A DNA stretch of 32,000 nt, taken from the NCBI GenBank assembly GCA_023898425.1, contig CP060222.1, forward strand, positions 210,001 to 242,000, in the 5' to 3' direction. Below, one piece after another: positions 1-6,282 of this stretch. Both the position numbers and the translations under genes were made by a program. The DNA is from Candidatus Saccharimonadota bacterium (GTDB lineage Bacteria; Patescibacteriota; Patescibacteriia; 2-12-FULL-60-25). The notes under the pieces were generated by a model. That model was not told the origin of the DNA, made no database searches, and saw only the letters and a list, made by a program, of their open reading frames with translations. The first letter of the stretch is position 1; each line of letters begins with the position of its first letter.

Positions 1-240
1 TACTCGGATCAATCCGCAAATCAACGCGCGATCGAAGCCCGAGCTGACCTACGCTTGATTCTCGACCAAATCGAACGCTTAAAAGAAAGTTATCGTGACG
101 TGCTCATGCTACGTCTCATCGACGGACTCTCCTTTGGTGATATTGGTAAGGTCTTGGATAAAAGCGTTGGTAATGTCCGTGTTATCTACCATCGTGCGAT
201 TAAAGCGCTCGATGGCCTCGTCCCACCAGAACATGAATAA
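1..240 (+). CDS. ECF-type RNA polymerase sigma factor, C-terminal part (5' end lies outside the window)
   Basis: Frame 1 is open from base 1 to TAA 238-240. The tail ..LKESYRDVLMLRLIDGLSFGDIGKVLDKSVGNVRVIYHRAIKAL is a textbook sigma-70 region 4 helix-turn-helix. The TTG at 55 in the ORF track is an internal codon. Confidence 0.85.
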   Translation, partial: YSDQSANQRAIEARADLRLILDQIERLKESYRDVLMLRLIDGLSFGDIGKVLDKSVGNVRVIYHRAIKALDGLVPPEHE

Positions 241-1414
241 ACGCGAACTTCTCAAACGTATGCAAGCCGTAAAGACGGCTGAGCGTTTGATTTCGCCAGA
301 TAAGCAATGGATGAGCGATACACGTACAATGCTTATGACGCAGGTAAAGCATTCATTACCTGCTGAACCAATGCCAATACCCGCTAAAGCCAAAACAGCT
401 TTTAGCATGTTCGTAAAACAATCCTATTCTGCTATTAGAGGTCCTGCCTTGATTTTGTCATCCGTTGCGATGGCATTGCTTGGTGGATCACTATTTAGCG
501 TTTCAGCCTCGGAGCGATCACTCCCGGGCGAATTATTGTATCCAATTAAAATTGCTTCTGAACAAACAAGGCTTGCTTTTGCAAAAACAAAAACCGACAA
601 GGTAAAGCTCAAAACAGAATTTGTAGAAAGACGCGTTAATGAAATGAAAGAGATTGTAAATCAACCAGGCGCACAACCAGAACGCGTAAAGCTCGCGGCC
701 GAAACCTTAAAGCGTGATCTGAATACCGTTAAACAACAACTCAAAGAAGCAAAACAAGAGCTACCAGCTGCAGAAACGGCAAATGTTGCAAAGATTGTTG
801 ATAAAGCAACAAGCAAGGTAGCAACAGATTTAAAGACAATGAAAAATGAAGACTCGCTCACAAATGTAAAAGCATCGCTCTCAGAAGCGCAGGTAGCAGC
901 AGTAGATACATCCGTTAGCGCAGTAGCGGTCTTGGTAGAAGTACAAAAAAATCCCGACTCTGCCATTTCTACCGAAGAAGTAACACAAGCGGTTGCGACA
1001 AAAGTTGAATCTTTCCGATTAGATCTTACGGTGGCAACAGATAAGCTAAACGCTTTGCCCACGACAACGTTAACGCCGGTTATCGTAGCGGGTAATTCAT
1101 CAGCAACGATTTCTATTACCGTAACAGCTTCTTCGTCAGCAGAGCAAATCAACTCAGCGAGTTCCTCATTACAACAAGCAAGCGACTACTTACAAGATAA
1201 TAAACTCGACGAAGCCTCTACAAAACTCGTCGAAGCAGCCAAAGTCTTAGTTCAGGCAGATACGTCTATTGATATGGTGGCGAGTAAATCGTCAACAACG
1301 CAACAAGCGCCAAGTATAGAGCCAGAAACACCTATACCAACTAGCACATCAAGTACTAAAGCGACCACGGTAACAAGTTCAACAACTAAAGCGACGACAA
1401 CGACAGCCAAGTAA
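233..1414 (+). CDS. membrane-anchored DUF5667-like protein, putative anti-sigma factor
   Basis: ATG 233 overlaps the sigma stop (ATGAATAA). There is one hydrophobic helix (GPALILSSVAMALLGGSLFSV). It is followed by LPGELLYPIKIASEQTRLAFAKTKTDKVKLKTEFVERRVNEMKE, which fits the DUF5667 pattern usually found next to ECF sigma genes. The rest is an Ala/Lys-rich helical region and a Thr/Ser-rich tail. The 95-232 extension in the ORF track is out-of-frame sigma sequence. Confidence 0.6.
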   Translation: MNKRELLKRMQAVKTAERLISPDKQWMSDTRTMLMTQVKHSLPAEPMPIPAKAKTAFSMFVKQSYSAIRGPALILSSVAMALLGGSLFSVSASERSLPGELLYPIKIASEQTRLAFAKTKTDKVKLKTEFVERRVNEMKEIVNQPGAQPERVKLAAETLKRDLNTVKQQLKEAKQELPAAETANVAKIVDKATSKVATDLKTMKNEDSLTNVKASLSEAQVAAVDTSVSAVAVLVEVQKNPDSAISTEEVTQAVATKVESFRLDLTVATDKLNALPTTTLTPVIVAGNSSATISITVTASSSAEQINSASSSLQQASDYLQDNKLDEASTKLVEAAKVLVQADTSIDMVASKSSTTQQAPSIEPETPIPTSTSSTKATTVTSSTTKATTTTAK

Positions 1415-1681
1415 GATTTCTCCGCCAAACAGGGCCACGCTGCAATCGCAGGGTAGCCCTGACGAGCGGGGGAATCTATCGCTCCGATGAGTTTACTCAT
1501 CCCAGCAAGTACCTTGTGCTTCCGCTCGCGCTCGATTCCGCCAAGGCCCAGATTATAAACGTCGAGCATTCGCCTTCGAATGCATCAGGGCACTTCATTC
1601 AAAACCTTCCTAAGCCCTGCCTCTATGATTCAATTAAGGATCTATTGGCGGACGCAATTGGCCATAAGGCCCAAATACTAC

Positions 1682-3862
1682 ATGTTTAAGAAGATTTTCT
1701 CCGGTATTGTATCTGCGACGACCATTGCATGGTCCGTTGGTGCTGGTGCTCTTGCACTTCCATCAATTGCTTCAGCTGCAACTGCTGGTGACCTCATCAA
1801 GGCTTCCGGTCCTGCTGTGTACTATTACCACACAGACGGTAAGCGCTATGTTTTCCCTAACGAGAAGACATATTTTTCCTGGTTCAAAGACTTCTCATCC
1901 GTTAAGACCATTTCGGATTCAGAACTCGCATCCATCTTTGTTGGTGGCAACGTAACTCTTCGCCCTGGTACTTACCTCGCAAAGGTAACGACAGATCCTA
2001 AAGTATACGCTGTATCACACGATGGTACTTTCCACTGGATTGAGTCCGAAGCTATCGCTAAGGCTCTCTACGGTGACAATTGGGCACAGCGCGTCATTGA
2101 CGTACCTGATGCTTTCTTCATCAACTACACTGTCGGCACATCCGTTTCAACGGCTGTTCACCCTGACGGTACAGTTGTTTCCAAAGACGGTTCAAAATGG
2201 GTTATCGACGCTGGTAAAGCTCGCATGATCTCTGATGACTCCGTATTTGCTTCAAACGGCTACAACGCTGCTTTCACAATCCCTACGACCATCGCTTACG
2301 CGGCTGGTTCAAACGTAACGGCTCGTGAAGGTCGTCTTGCTGACGTTATCTACGGTGCAGGTACGCCTGTATCCGGCAGCATCACTGTAGCTCTTGCTTC
2401 AGACACACCTGCTGGTATGGTCGTTCCTATGAACGCATCATCTGTAATGCTTGCTAAATACAACTTCACTGCAGGTTCAGAAGCTGCGACCATCAGTGGT
2501 CTCCGTCTTCGCCGCGTTGGTGTTGGTGCAACATCAGATCTTGCAAACGTTTACCTCTATGACGCGAACGGCGCACGTCTTACGACGGGTCGCACGATCA
2601 ACTCACAGACAAACGAAGTTGAATTTAACAACTTGAACATCTCCCTCGCTGCTGGTCAGACAAAATCACTTGTTGTAACAGGTGACTTCTCTGCTCCTGT
2701 ACAGGTTGGTGGTCAGCACTCATTCCAAATCATTGACGCTTCTGCTGTCATGACTGGTGGTGTTGTATCCGGCTCCTTCCCAGTTGCTGGTAACGTGTTC
2801 ACGGTTGGTACAATCTCAGCTGGTGTTCTTAATGTAACGAAGGGCACAACGCCTTCGAACCCAAACACGGGCACGACTCAAGCTGAAATCTCCAACTTCA
2901 AGCTCGAAGCTAATACAAACGACATCGAAGTCCGCCGTATTACGCTTCTCCAAGCTGGTTCAATCTCAAACTCAGATCTTAAGAACTTGAATCTTTACCA
3001 AGGTGCAACTTTGGTAGCTTCAGCTTCATCCCTCATGGGTGATAAGATTGTGTTGAACTTCAACCCAGCAGTTGTTATCCCTAACGGCACCACACGTACG
3101 TTCACCCTCAAGGCGGACATCTCTGGTCGCTCGGATCGTGATATCAAGACCTTTATCGAATACACAACTGACGTTTATGCTGTAGACAAGCTCTACAACT
3201 CCGGCGCTTCTGTTGATATTTCTGGTTTTGATGGTACGGCTTCTAACTTTATCTCTGTTGACGTTGAAGGTGGCGCTCTTACGATCGCTGCTAACGGCCC
3301 AGCTACTGGTAACGTTGCTAAAGGCACGCAAAACGTACCATTCTTCAAATTCTCCATCACCTCTTCAGAGAGCGATGTTGAAATCCGTAACCTCGACTTC
3401 GTAGTTGAAGGTCTCTCTGGTGCTCTTCTTAAAGGTACGTCTGGTACAGACTACTTCCGCAATCTTCGCGTGAAGAATCTTGACACAAACGCTACTTTGA
3501 TGGGTCCAACGACTCCTTCGGTTTACACGAACGCTGATTCGAAGACTGCAATTAATCTCAATGAATCATTCTACATCCCAGCAGGGAAAACGATGAATCT
3601 TGCTATTACAGCTGACCTTGCTAATAACGAGGACGGTGCTGCAGAATTCTTTGGTAATCAATACCGTGTAACGCTTGGTAACGGTGCTCTCTTCGGTGCA
3701 AATGATGTTCGCATCACTGCAACGGGTGAATACCTTGATGTAGCAAAAATTATCCCTAATAGTGATATTGCGGGTAACCCAATGACGGTTAAGACTTCAA
3801 GTCTTGACGTTACTCTCGCTGCTAACCCAGCTTCATCCATTGCCGTTAAAAGCAACAGATGA
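1682..3862 (+). CDS. large secreted repeat-built surface (S-layer-like) protein, N-terminal portion, ending at a frame break
   Basis: ATG 1682 gives MFKKIFSGIVSATTIAWSVGAGALALPSIASA/ATAG, a classic Sec signal peptide. Next come three ~55-aa modules of the GDLIKASGPAVYYYHTDGKRYVFPN type. These are followed by tandem ~110-130-aa beta-rich modules (..KYNFTAGSEAATISGLRLRRVG.., ..ISNFKLEANTNDIEVRRITLLQAG.., ..FFKFSITSSESDVEIRNLDFVVEG..). The gene shows a marked GCT/GGT/ACT/GTT codon preference, as seen in abundant proteins. Confidence 0.85.
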   Translation: MFKKIFSGIVSATTIAWSVGAGALALPSIASAATAGDLIKASGPAVYYYHTDGKRYVFPNEKTYFSWFKDFSSVKTISDSELASIFVGGNVTLRPGTYLAKVTTDPKVYAVSHDGTFHWIESEAIAKALYGDNWAQRVIDVPDAFFINYTVGTSVSTAVHPDGTVVSKDGSKWVIDAGKARMISDDSVFASNGYNAAFTIPTTIAYAAGSNVTAREGRLADVIYGAGTPVSGSITVALASDTPAGMVVPMNASSVMLAKYNFTAGSEAATISGLRLRRVGVGATSDLANVYLYDANGARLTTGRTINSQTNEVEFNNLNISLAAGQTKSLVVTGDFSAPVQVGGQHSFQIIDASAVMTGGVVSGSFPVAGNVFTVGTISAGVLNVTKGTTPSNPNTGTTQAEISNFKLEANTNDIEVRRITLLQAGSISNSDLKNLNLYQGATLVASASSLMGDKIVLNFNPAVVIPNGTTRTFTLKADISGRSDRDIKTFIEYTTDVYAVDKLYNSGASVDISGFDGTASNFISVDVEGGALTIAANGPATGNVAKGTQNVPFFKFSITSSESDVEIRNLDFVVEGLSGALLKGTSGTDYFRNLRVKNLDTNATLMGPTTPSVYTNADSKTAINLNESFYIPAGKTMNLAITADLANNEDGAAEFFGNQYRVTLGNGALFGANDVRITATGEYLDVAKIIPNSDIAGNPMTVKTSSLDVTLAANPASSIAVKSNR

Positions 3863-5415
3863 TTCCTGCAACAGGCATCACGCTCACTTCTGGTGCGCAA
3901 TCTGATGTTACTGTTCGCTCGATCAAACTTACCGGTGAAGGTAAGGTTGGCGCTGGTCCTGTCGGCGTTGCTAACTTCAAAGACGTTGTAACGGCTTGTA
4001 GCCTTTATGACGGTGAGACAGTGCTTGGTACAACACAAAGCCTTGATTCAACCAATGGTACAATCCAGATCACAAATATGAACCTGGTAGTTGCTGCTGG
4101 TTCATCAAAGACCCTTGTTGTTAAGTGTACTGCTGACTCAACGGTAACTGCCGGTACGGGTGACTTCTTCCGTGTTGGTATTGCAAGCAATGTAACGGAT
4201 ATCGTTGCAGAAGATGCAGACAACAACACTTTGACGCTCACCGGTACAAACGCAGCTCCAGCTAACGCTTCAGCTCAAAACGTTAAGACCGGTGGTGACG
4301 TAACTGTTACTGCTAACAGTCTTCGTCAATCAACGATTCTCGTTGCTGACGGCTCAACTTGGCAAAACATCTCTTCTTACAAAGCAACCGCATTGTACGA
4401 AGAAGTTGCTATTGACCGTGTTGCTGTAACACTTCCTAACACCATCGAATCAGCATCTATTGCTTCGATTGCTATCGCTCAAGGCGGTGCTGTAAAGGGT
4501 GAAACGACTCTTCCTGCAGGTAACACAGGTGTCGATAAGGATATTATCCTCACAACTCCTATCATGGTACCTAAGGATGGTAATACAACCTTCGAAATCT
4601 GGGTTAAACTTAAACCAGTCGTAGGTGTTATTGCCAACCCAGGTGCAGGTATCGCTCGTTCTGGTAACCTTGTCCAAGCTGGTATCCAATACAACCTCCA
4701 AGCAGGTGAATGGGATGCTGCATACGCAGGTAACCTTAACGTTCGCTTGATCGGTCAAGCTTCTGGTGACCGTTTGTATGCACCAGCAGGTGCAGCAATC
4801 GTTGGTAATCAGTTTGTTGTTCGCAAGACCAAACCAACTATTACTCGCCAAGCTCTTGCTTCAAGCACATTGACAAATGGTACAGACAAGGACTTACACA
4901 AGTTCCAGGTCTCTGCTGATGCTAATGGTGCTGTTGCATTGAAAGAAATGACCTTCGATGTAAACTTTAGTGGTGCTACCGCTCTTTCAAACTTCCGTTT
5001 GAAGAAAGGTGCTACACTTATGAACACATCGGATGTTTCTATTCAAGACGAAAATGGTGTTGACCTTAATGCTCCGGCTGCTTTCGCTGGTAACCAAGTA
5101 ATCGTAACCTTCACAAATGAAGAGAACATTAGTGGTTCCGGCGTTGTCTACACACTTGTAGCTTCAGTCGCTGGTTCAGTTTCTGGTGATCAGGTTAGTG
5201 TTGACTTCGCTCGTGATACCGTAAACGGTACTCTCACTGGCGTAATCACAGCTCCTGGTACAGTTGGCGCACAAATCGGAGCAGACGATGTCTTCTTCGC
5301 ATGGTCCGACAACTCAGAAATTCCTCACTCAGATGTATTTGCTGGTCCTTCGTCACAAGACTGGATCAACGATGTTTATCTCGAGGACCTCGCAGGCACA
5401 AGCCTTTCACGCTAA
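3859..5415 (+). CDS. C-terminal portion of the same surface protein (separate ORF in the -1 frame, no signal peptide)
   Basis: The ATG overlaps the upstream TGA (ATGA). The sequence continues the same repeat architecture (..ITLTSGAQSDVTVRSIKLTGEG.., ..LHKFQVSADANGAVALKEMTFDVNF..). It has the same codon bias and ends at TAA 5413-5415, just before a strong terminator. Confidence 0.8.
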   Translation: MIPATGITLTSGAQSDVTVRSIKLTGEGKVGAGPVGVANFKDVVTACSLYDGETVLGTTQSLDSTNGTIQITNMNLVVAAGSSKTLVVKCTADSTVTAGTGDFFRVGIASNVTDIVAEDADNNTLTLTGTNAAPANASAQNVKTGGDVTVTANSLRQSTILVADGSTWQNISSYKATALYEEVAIDRVAVTLPNTIESASIASIAIAQGGAVKGETTLPAGNTGVDKDIILTTPIMVPKDGNTTFEIWVKLKPVVGVIANPGAGIARSGNLVQAGIQYNLQAGEWDAAYAGNLNVRLIGQASGDRLYAPAGAAIVGNQFVVRKTKPTITRQALASSTLTNGTDKDLHKFQVSADANGAVALKEMTFDVNFSGATALSNFRLKKGATLMNTSDVSIQDENGVDLNAPAAFAGNQVIVTFTNEENISGSGVVYTLVASVAGSVSGDQVSVDFARDTVNGTLTGVITAPGTVGAQIGADDVFFAWSDNSEIPHSDVFAGPSSQDWINDVYLEDLAGTSLSR

Positions 5416-5440
5416 TAGCGTTTAAGACTCTGTCTCACAA

Positions 5441-5465
5441 AACCCGCCTCACGGCGGGGTTTTTA
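5441..5465 (+). terminator. rho-independent terminator of the surface-protein gene
   Basis: aaCCCGCC-tcac-GGCGGGgTTTTT lies 26 nt after the stop codon. It is a GC-rich stem followed by a T5 run. Confidence 0.85.
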
Positions 5466-5477
5466 ATAACTCACCCG

Positions 5478-5500
5478 GATTTTCATCAAAGATGAAAATC
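5478..5500. repeat. perfect 10-bp stem hairpin (GATTTTCATC aaa GATGAAAATC)
   Basis: The reverse complement of 5478-5487 equals 5491-5500, with a 3-nt loop. Confidence 0.8.
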
Positions 5501-5502
5501 GT

Positions 5503-5526
5503 CCCTCTCTATGGAGAGAGGTTTTT
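5503..5526 (+). terminator. second terminator-like hairpin; copy 1 of the CCCTCTCT..AGAGAGG hairpin family
   Basis: CCCTCTCT-atgg-AGAGAGG followed by TTTTT (5522-5526). Confidence 0.6.
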
Positions 5527-5546
5527 CAGAATTCTGATGTAGCCTC

Positions 5547-5580
5547 AGAAGATCCCCCTCCTTTTGGAGGGGGATCTTCT
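5547..5580. repeat. perfect 15-bp stem hairpin (AGAAGATCCCCCTCC tttt GGAGGGGGATCTTCT)
   Basis: The reverse complement of 5547-5561 equals 5566-5580, with a 4-nt loop. Confidence 0.85.
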
Positions 5581-5582
5581 GT

Positions 5583-5645
5583 CTCCGAACACCCTCTCTC
5601 ACAGAGAGGGACATTTATGCCGAAGGTATAAATTGGGTGAGTAGC
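5583..5645 (+). repeat. 63-bp direct repeat, copy A (contains CCCTCTCT hairpin copy 2 at 5592-5610)
   Basis: ctccgaacaCCCTCTCTcacAGAGAGGGacatttat..aattgggtgagtagc. It aligns without gaps to 6170-6232 at a constant offset of 587 bp, with about 54/63 identities by manual count. The first 29 nt are identical. Confidence 0.85.
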
Positions 5646-5689
5646 GCGAAGGCTTGACGATGCCCCCATTCATATGGAACGGGGTAGAT

Positions 5690-6111
5690 ATGATCATCGC
5701 TAACTATAACCGCGCTTTAAAAGCGCGCTCACAAGAACTAAGAAAAACCAAACTCAGGCAGAAAAGATCTTTTGGTACGAGGTTCTCAAAAACCACCATT
5801 TCATATGTTTACCTGGCGTAGACAAAAACCTCTTGGTAACATTTTATTGTTGATTTTTATTGCACAGAATTAAGGCTTGTTGTTGATAGATGGATGGCAA
5901 GATCCATGAATCACAGGTTGAAAGAGATGAAGAAAGAACGCTCGTCTTACAAGAAGAATATGGTTTGCGGGTGATTCGCTTTACGAATGATGAGGTTTTA
6001 TATGAGAGAGGGAGGTTGTGGCGCGGCTTCGCGCAACTCACCCTGGCTTTTGCTAAAGCAAAGAGCCGGTCCCTCTCTGTGGAGAGAGGGTGTTCGGAAG
6101 GCTGCGACTGA
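5690..6111 (+). pseudogene. DUF559 (Vsr-like endonuclease domain) pseudogene with multiple frame breaks
   Basis: The recognisable DUF559 consensus is spread over at least five reading-frame segments. These are ALKARSQELRK (from ATG 5690), NQTQAEKIFWYEVLKNHHF, FTWRRQKPLGN, DFYCTELRLVVD and DGKIHESQVERDEERTLVLQEEYGLRVIRFTNDEVL (ORF 5890-6111). Stops interrupt at 5818-5820 and about 5869-5871. The last ORF runs on into the palindromic repeat. Confidence 0.75.
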
Positions 6112-6197
6112 TCTGGAGCGTACGTTATTTTTTATAAAAAATAACGTACGCTCTGCCATCAGTCGCGGCCTCCGAACACCCTCTCTCACAGAGAGGG
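6071..6197. repeat. 127-bp imperfect palindrome with a 38-bp perfect core (6116-6153); its ends are CCCTCTCT hairpin copies 3 and 4
   Basis: The core GAGCGTACGTTATTTTTTATAAAAAATAACGTACGCTC is its own reverse complement. The flanks also pair: GCGACTGAT/ATCAGTCGC, TGTTCGGA/TCCGAACA, and CCCTCTCTgtggAGAGAGGG (6071-6090) against CCCTCTCTcacAGAGAGGG (6179-6197). There are a few bulges and mismatches. Confidence 0.9.
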
Positions 6198-6232
6198 ATA
6201 TTTATCGCAACGCGATGAATTGGGTGAGTGGC
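6170..6232 (+). repeat. 63-bp direct repeat, copy C (partner of 5583-5645)
   Basis: ctccgaacaCCCTCTCTcacAGAGAGGGatatttat..aattgggtgagtggc. It ends 50 nt upstream of ATG 6283. Copy A ends 44 nt upstream of ATG 5690. Confidence 0.85.
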
Positions 6233-6282
6233 ACCCCGTACGTTGTGCTCATGTGGCCTCACGGTGTATCCTATACATCATT

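Noticed and set aside
233-240. The identical 8-nt junction ATGAATAA at 233-240 and 14564-14571 as a conserved regulatory element
   Set aside because: It is the coincidence of a Met-Asn start with an in-phase TAA stop, which is a common way to overlap genes by 8 nt. The flanks are unrelated. I treat it only as evidence of translational coupling.
1415-1681. A tRNA or other small RNA gene in the long gap (TTCGAAT resembles a T-loop)
   Set aside because: No cloverleaf can be drawn around 1573-1582. There is no GG D-loop partner or acceptor-stem pairing, and the motif is simply half of the CATTCG/CGAATG hairpin. ORF 1252-1569(-) is antisense to the Thr-rich tail, is of low complexity, and has no recognisable family.
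3845-3853. Programmed -1 ribosomal frameshift or transcriptional slippage at the A-run
   Set aside because: There is no X XXY YYZ slippery heptamer in the zero frame (GCC GTT AAA AGC). A -1 re-pairing of tRNA-Lys would land on TAA. Four A residues are too few for efficient RNA polymerase slippage. No obvious downstream stimulatory structure was seen. A simple indel is more parsimonious, but the question is left open in the corresponding finding.
3857-3862. TGA 3860-3862 as a recoded sense codon (code 25/4-style read-through) joining the two surface-protein ORFs
   Set aside because: Reading through in the same frame gives ..RGFLQQASRSLLVRNLMLLFARSNLPVKVRLALV.. and then a stop. This does not resemble the repeat modules. 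TGA also serves as an ordinary stop elsewhere in the window (11858-11860, 13544-13546, 16556-16558, 31222-31224). The homologous continuation lies in the -1 frame.
661-5027. Antisense or alternate-frame ORFs inside the anti-sigma and surface-protein genes (for example 661-1152-, 3026-3331-, 3658-4038-, 4450-4851-, 1707-1955+)
   Set aside because: They are shadow ORFs of strongly biased, repeat-rich coding sequence. They are Cys/Arg/Ser-rich, carry no motifs, and are each fully contained in a much better supported gene.
5441-6232. The hairpin and repeat cluster as a CRISPR array
   Set aside because: The repeats differ in sequence and orientation and have irregular spacing (about 70 to 470 bp). 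One spacer is a DUF559 remnant. No cas genes are present.
5416-6282. An insertion sequence or transposon in the large non-coding gap
   Set aside because: There is no transposase or integrase ORF in any frame. Only a decayed DUF559 remnant and short repeats are present. A non-autonomous (MITE-like) element remains possible and is listed as a finding.
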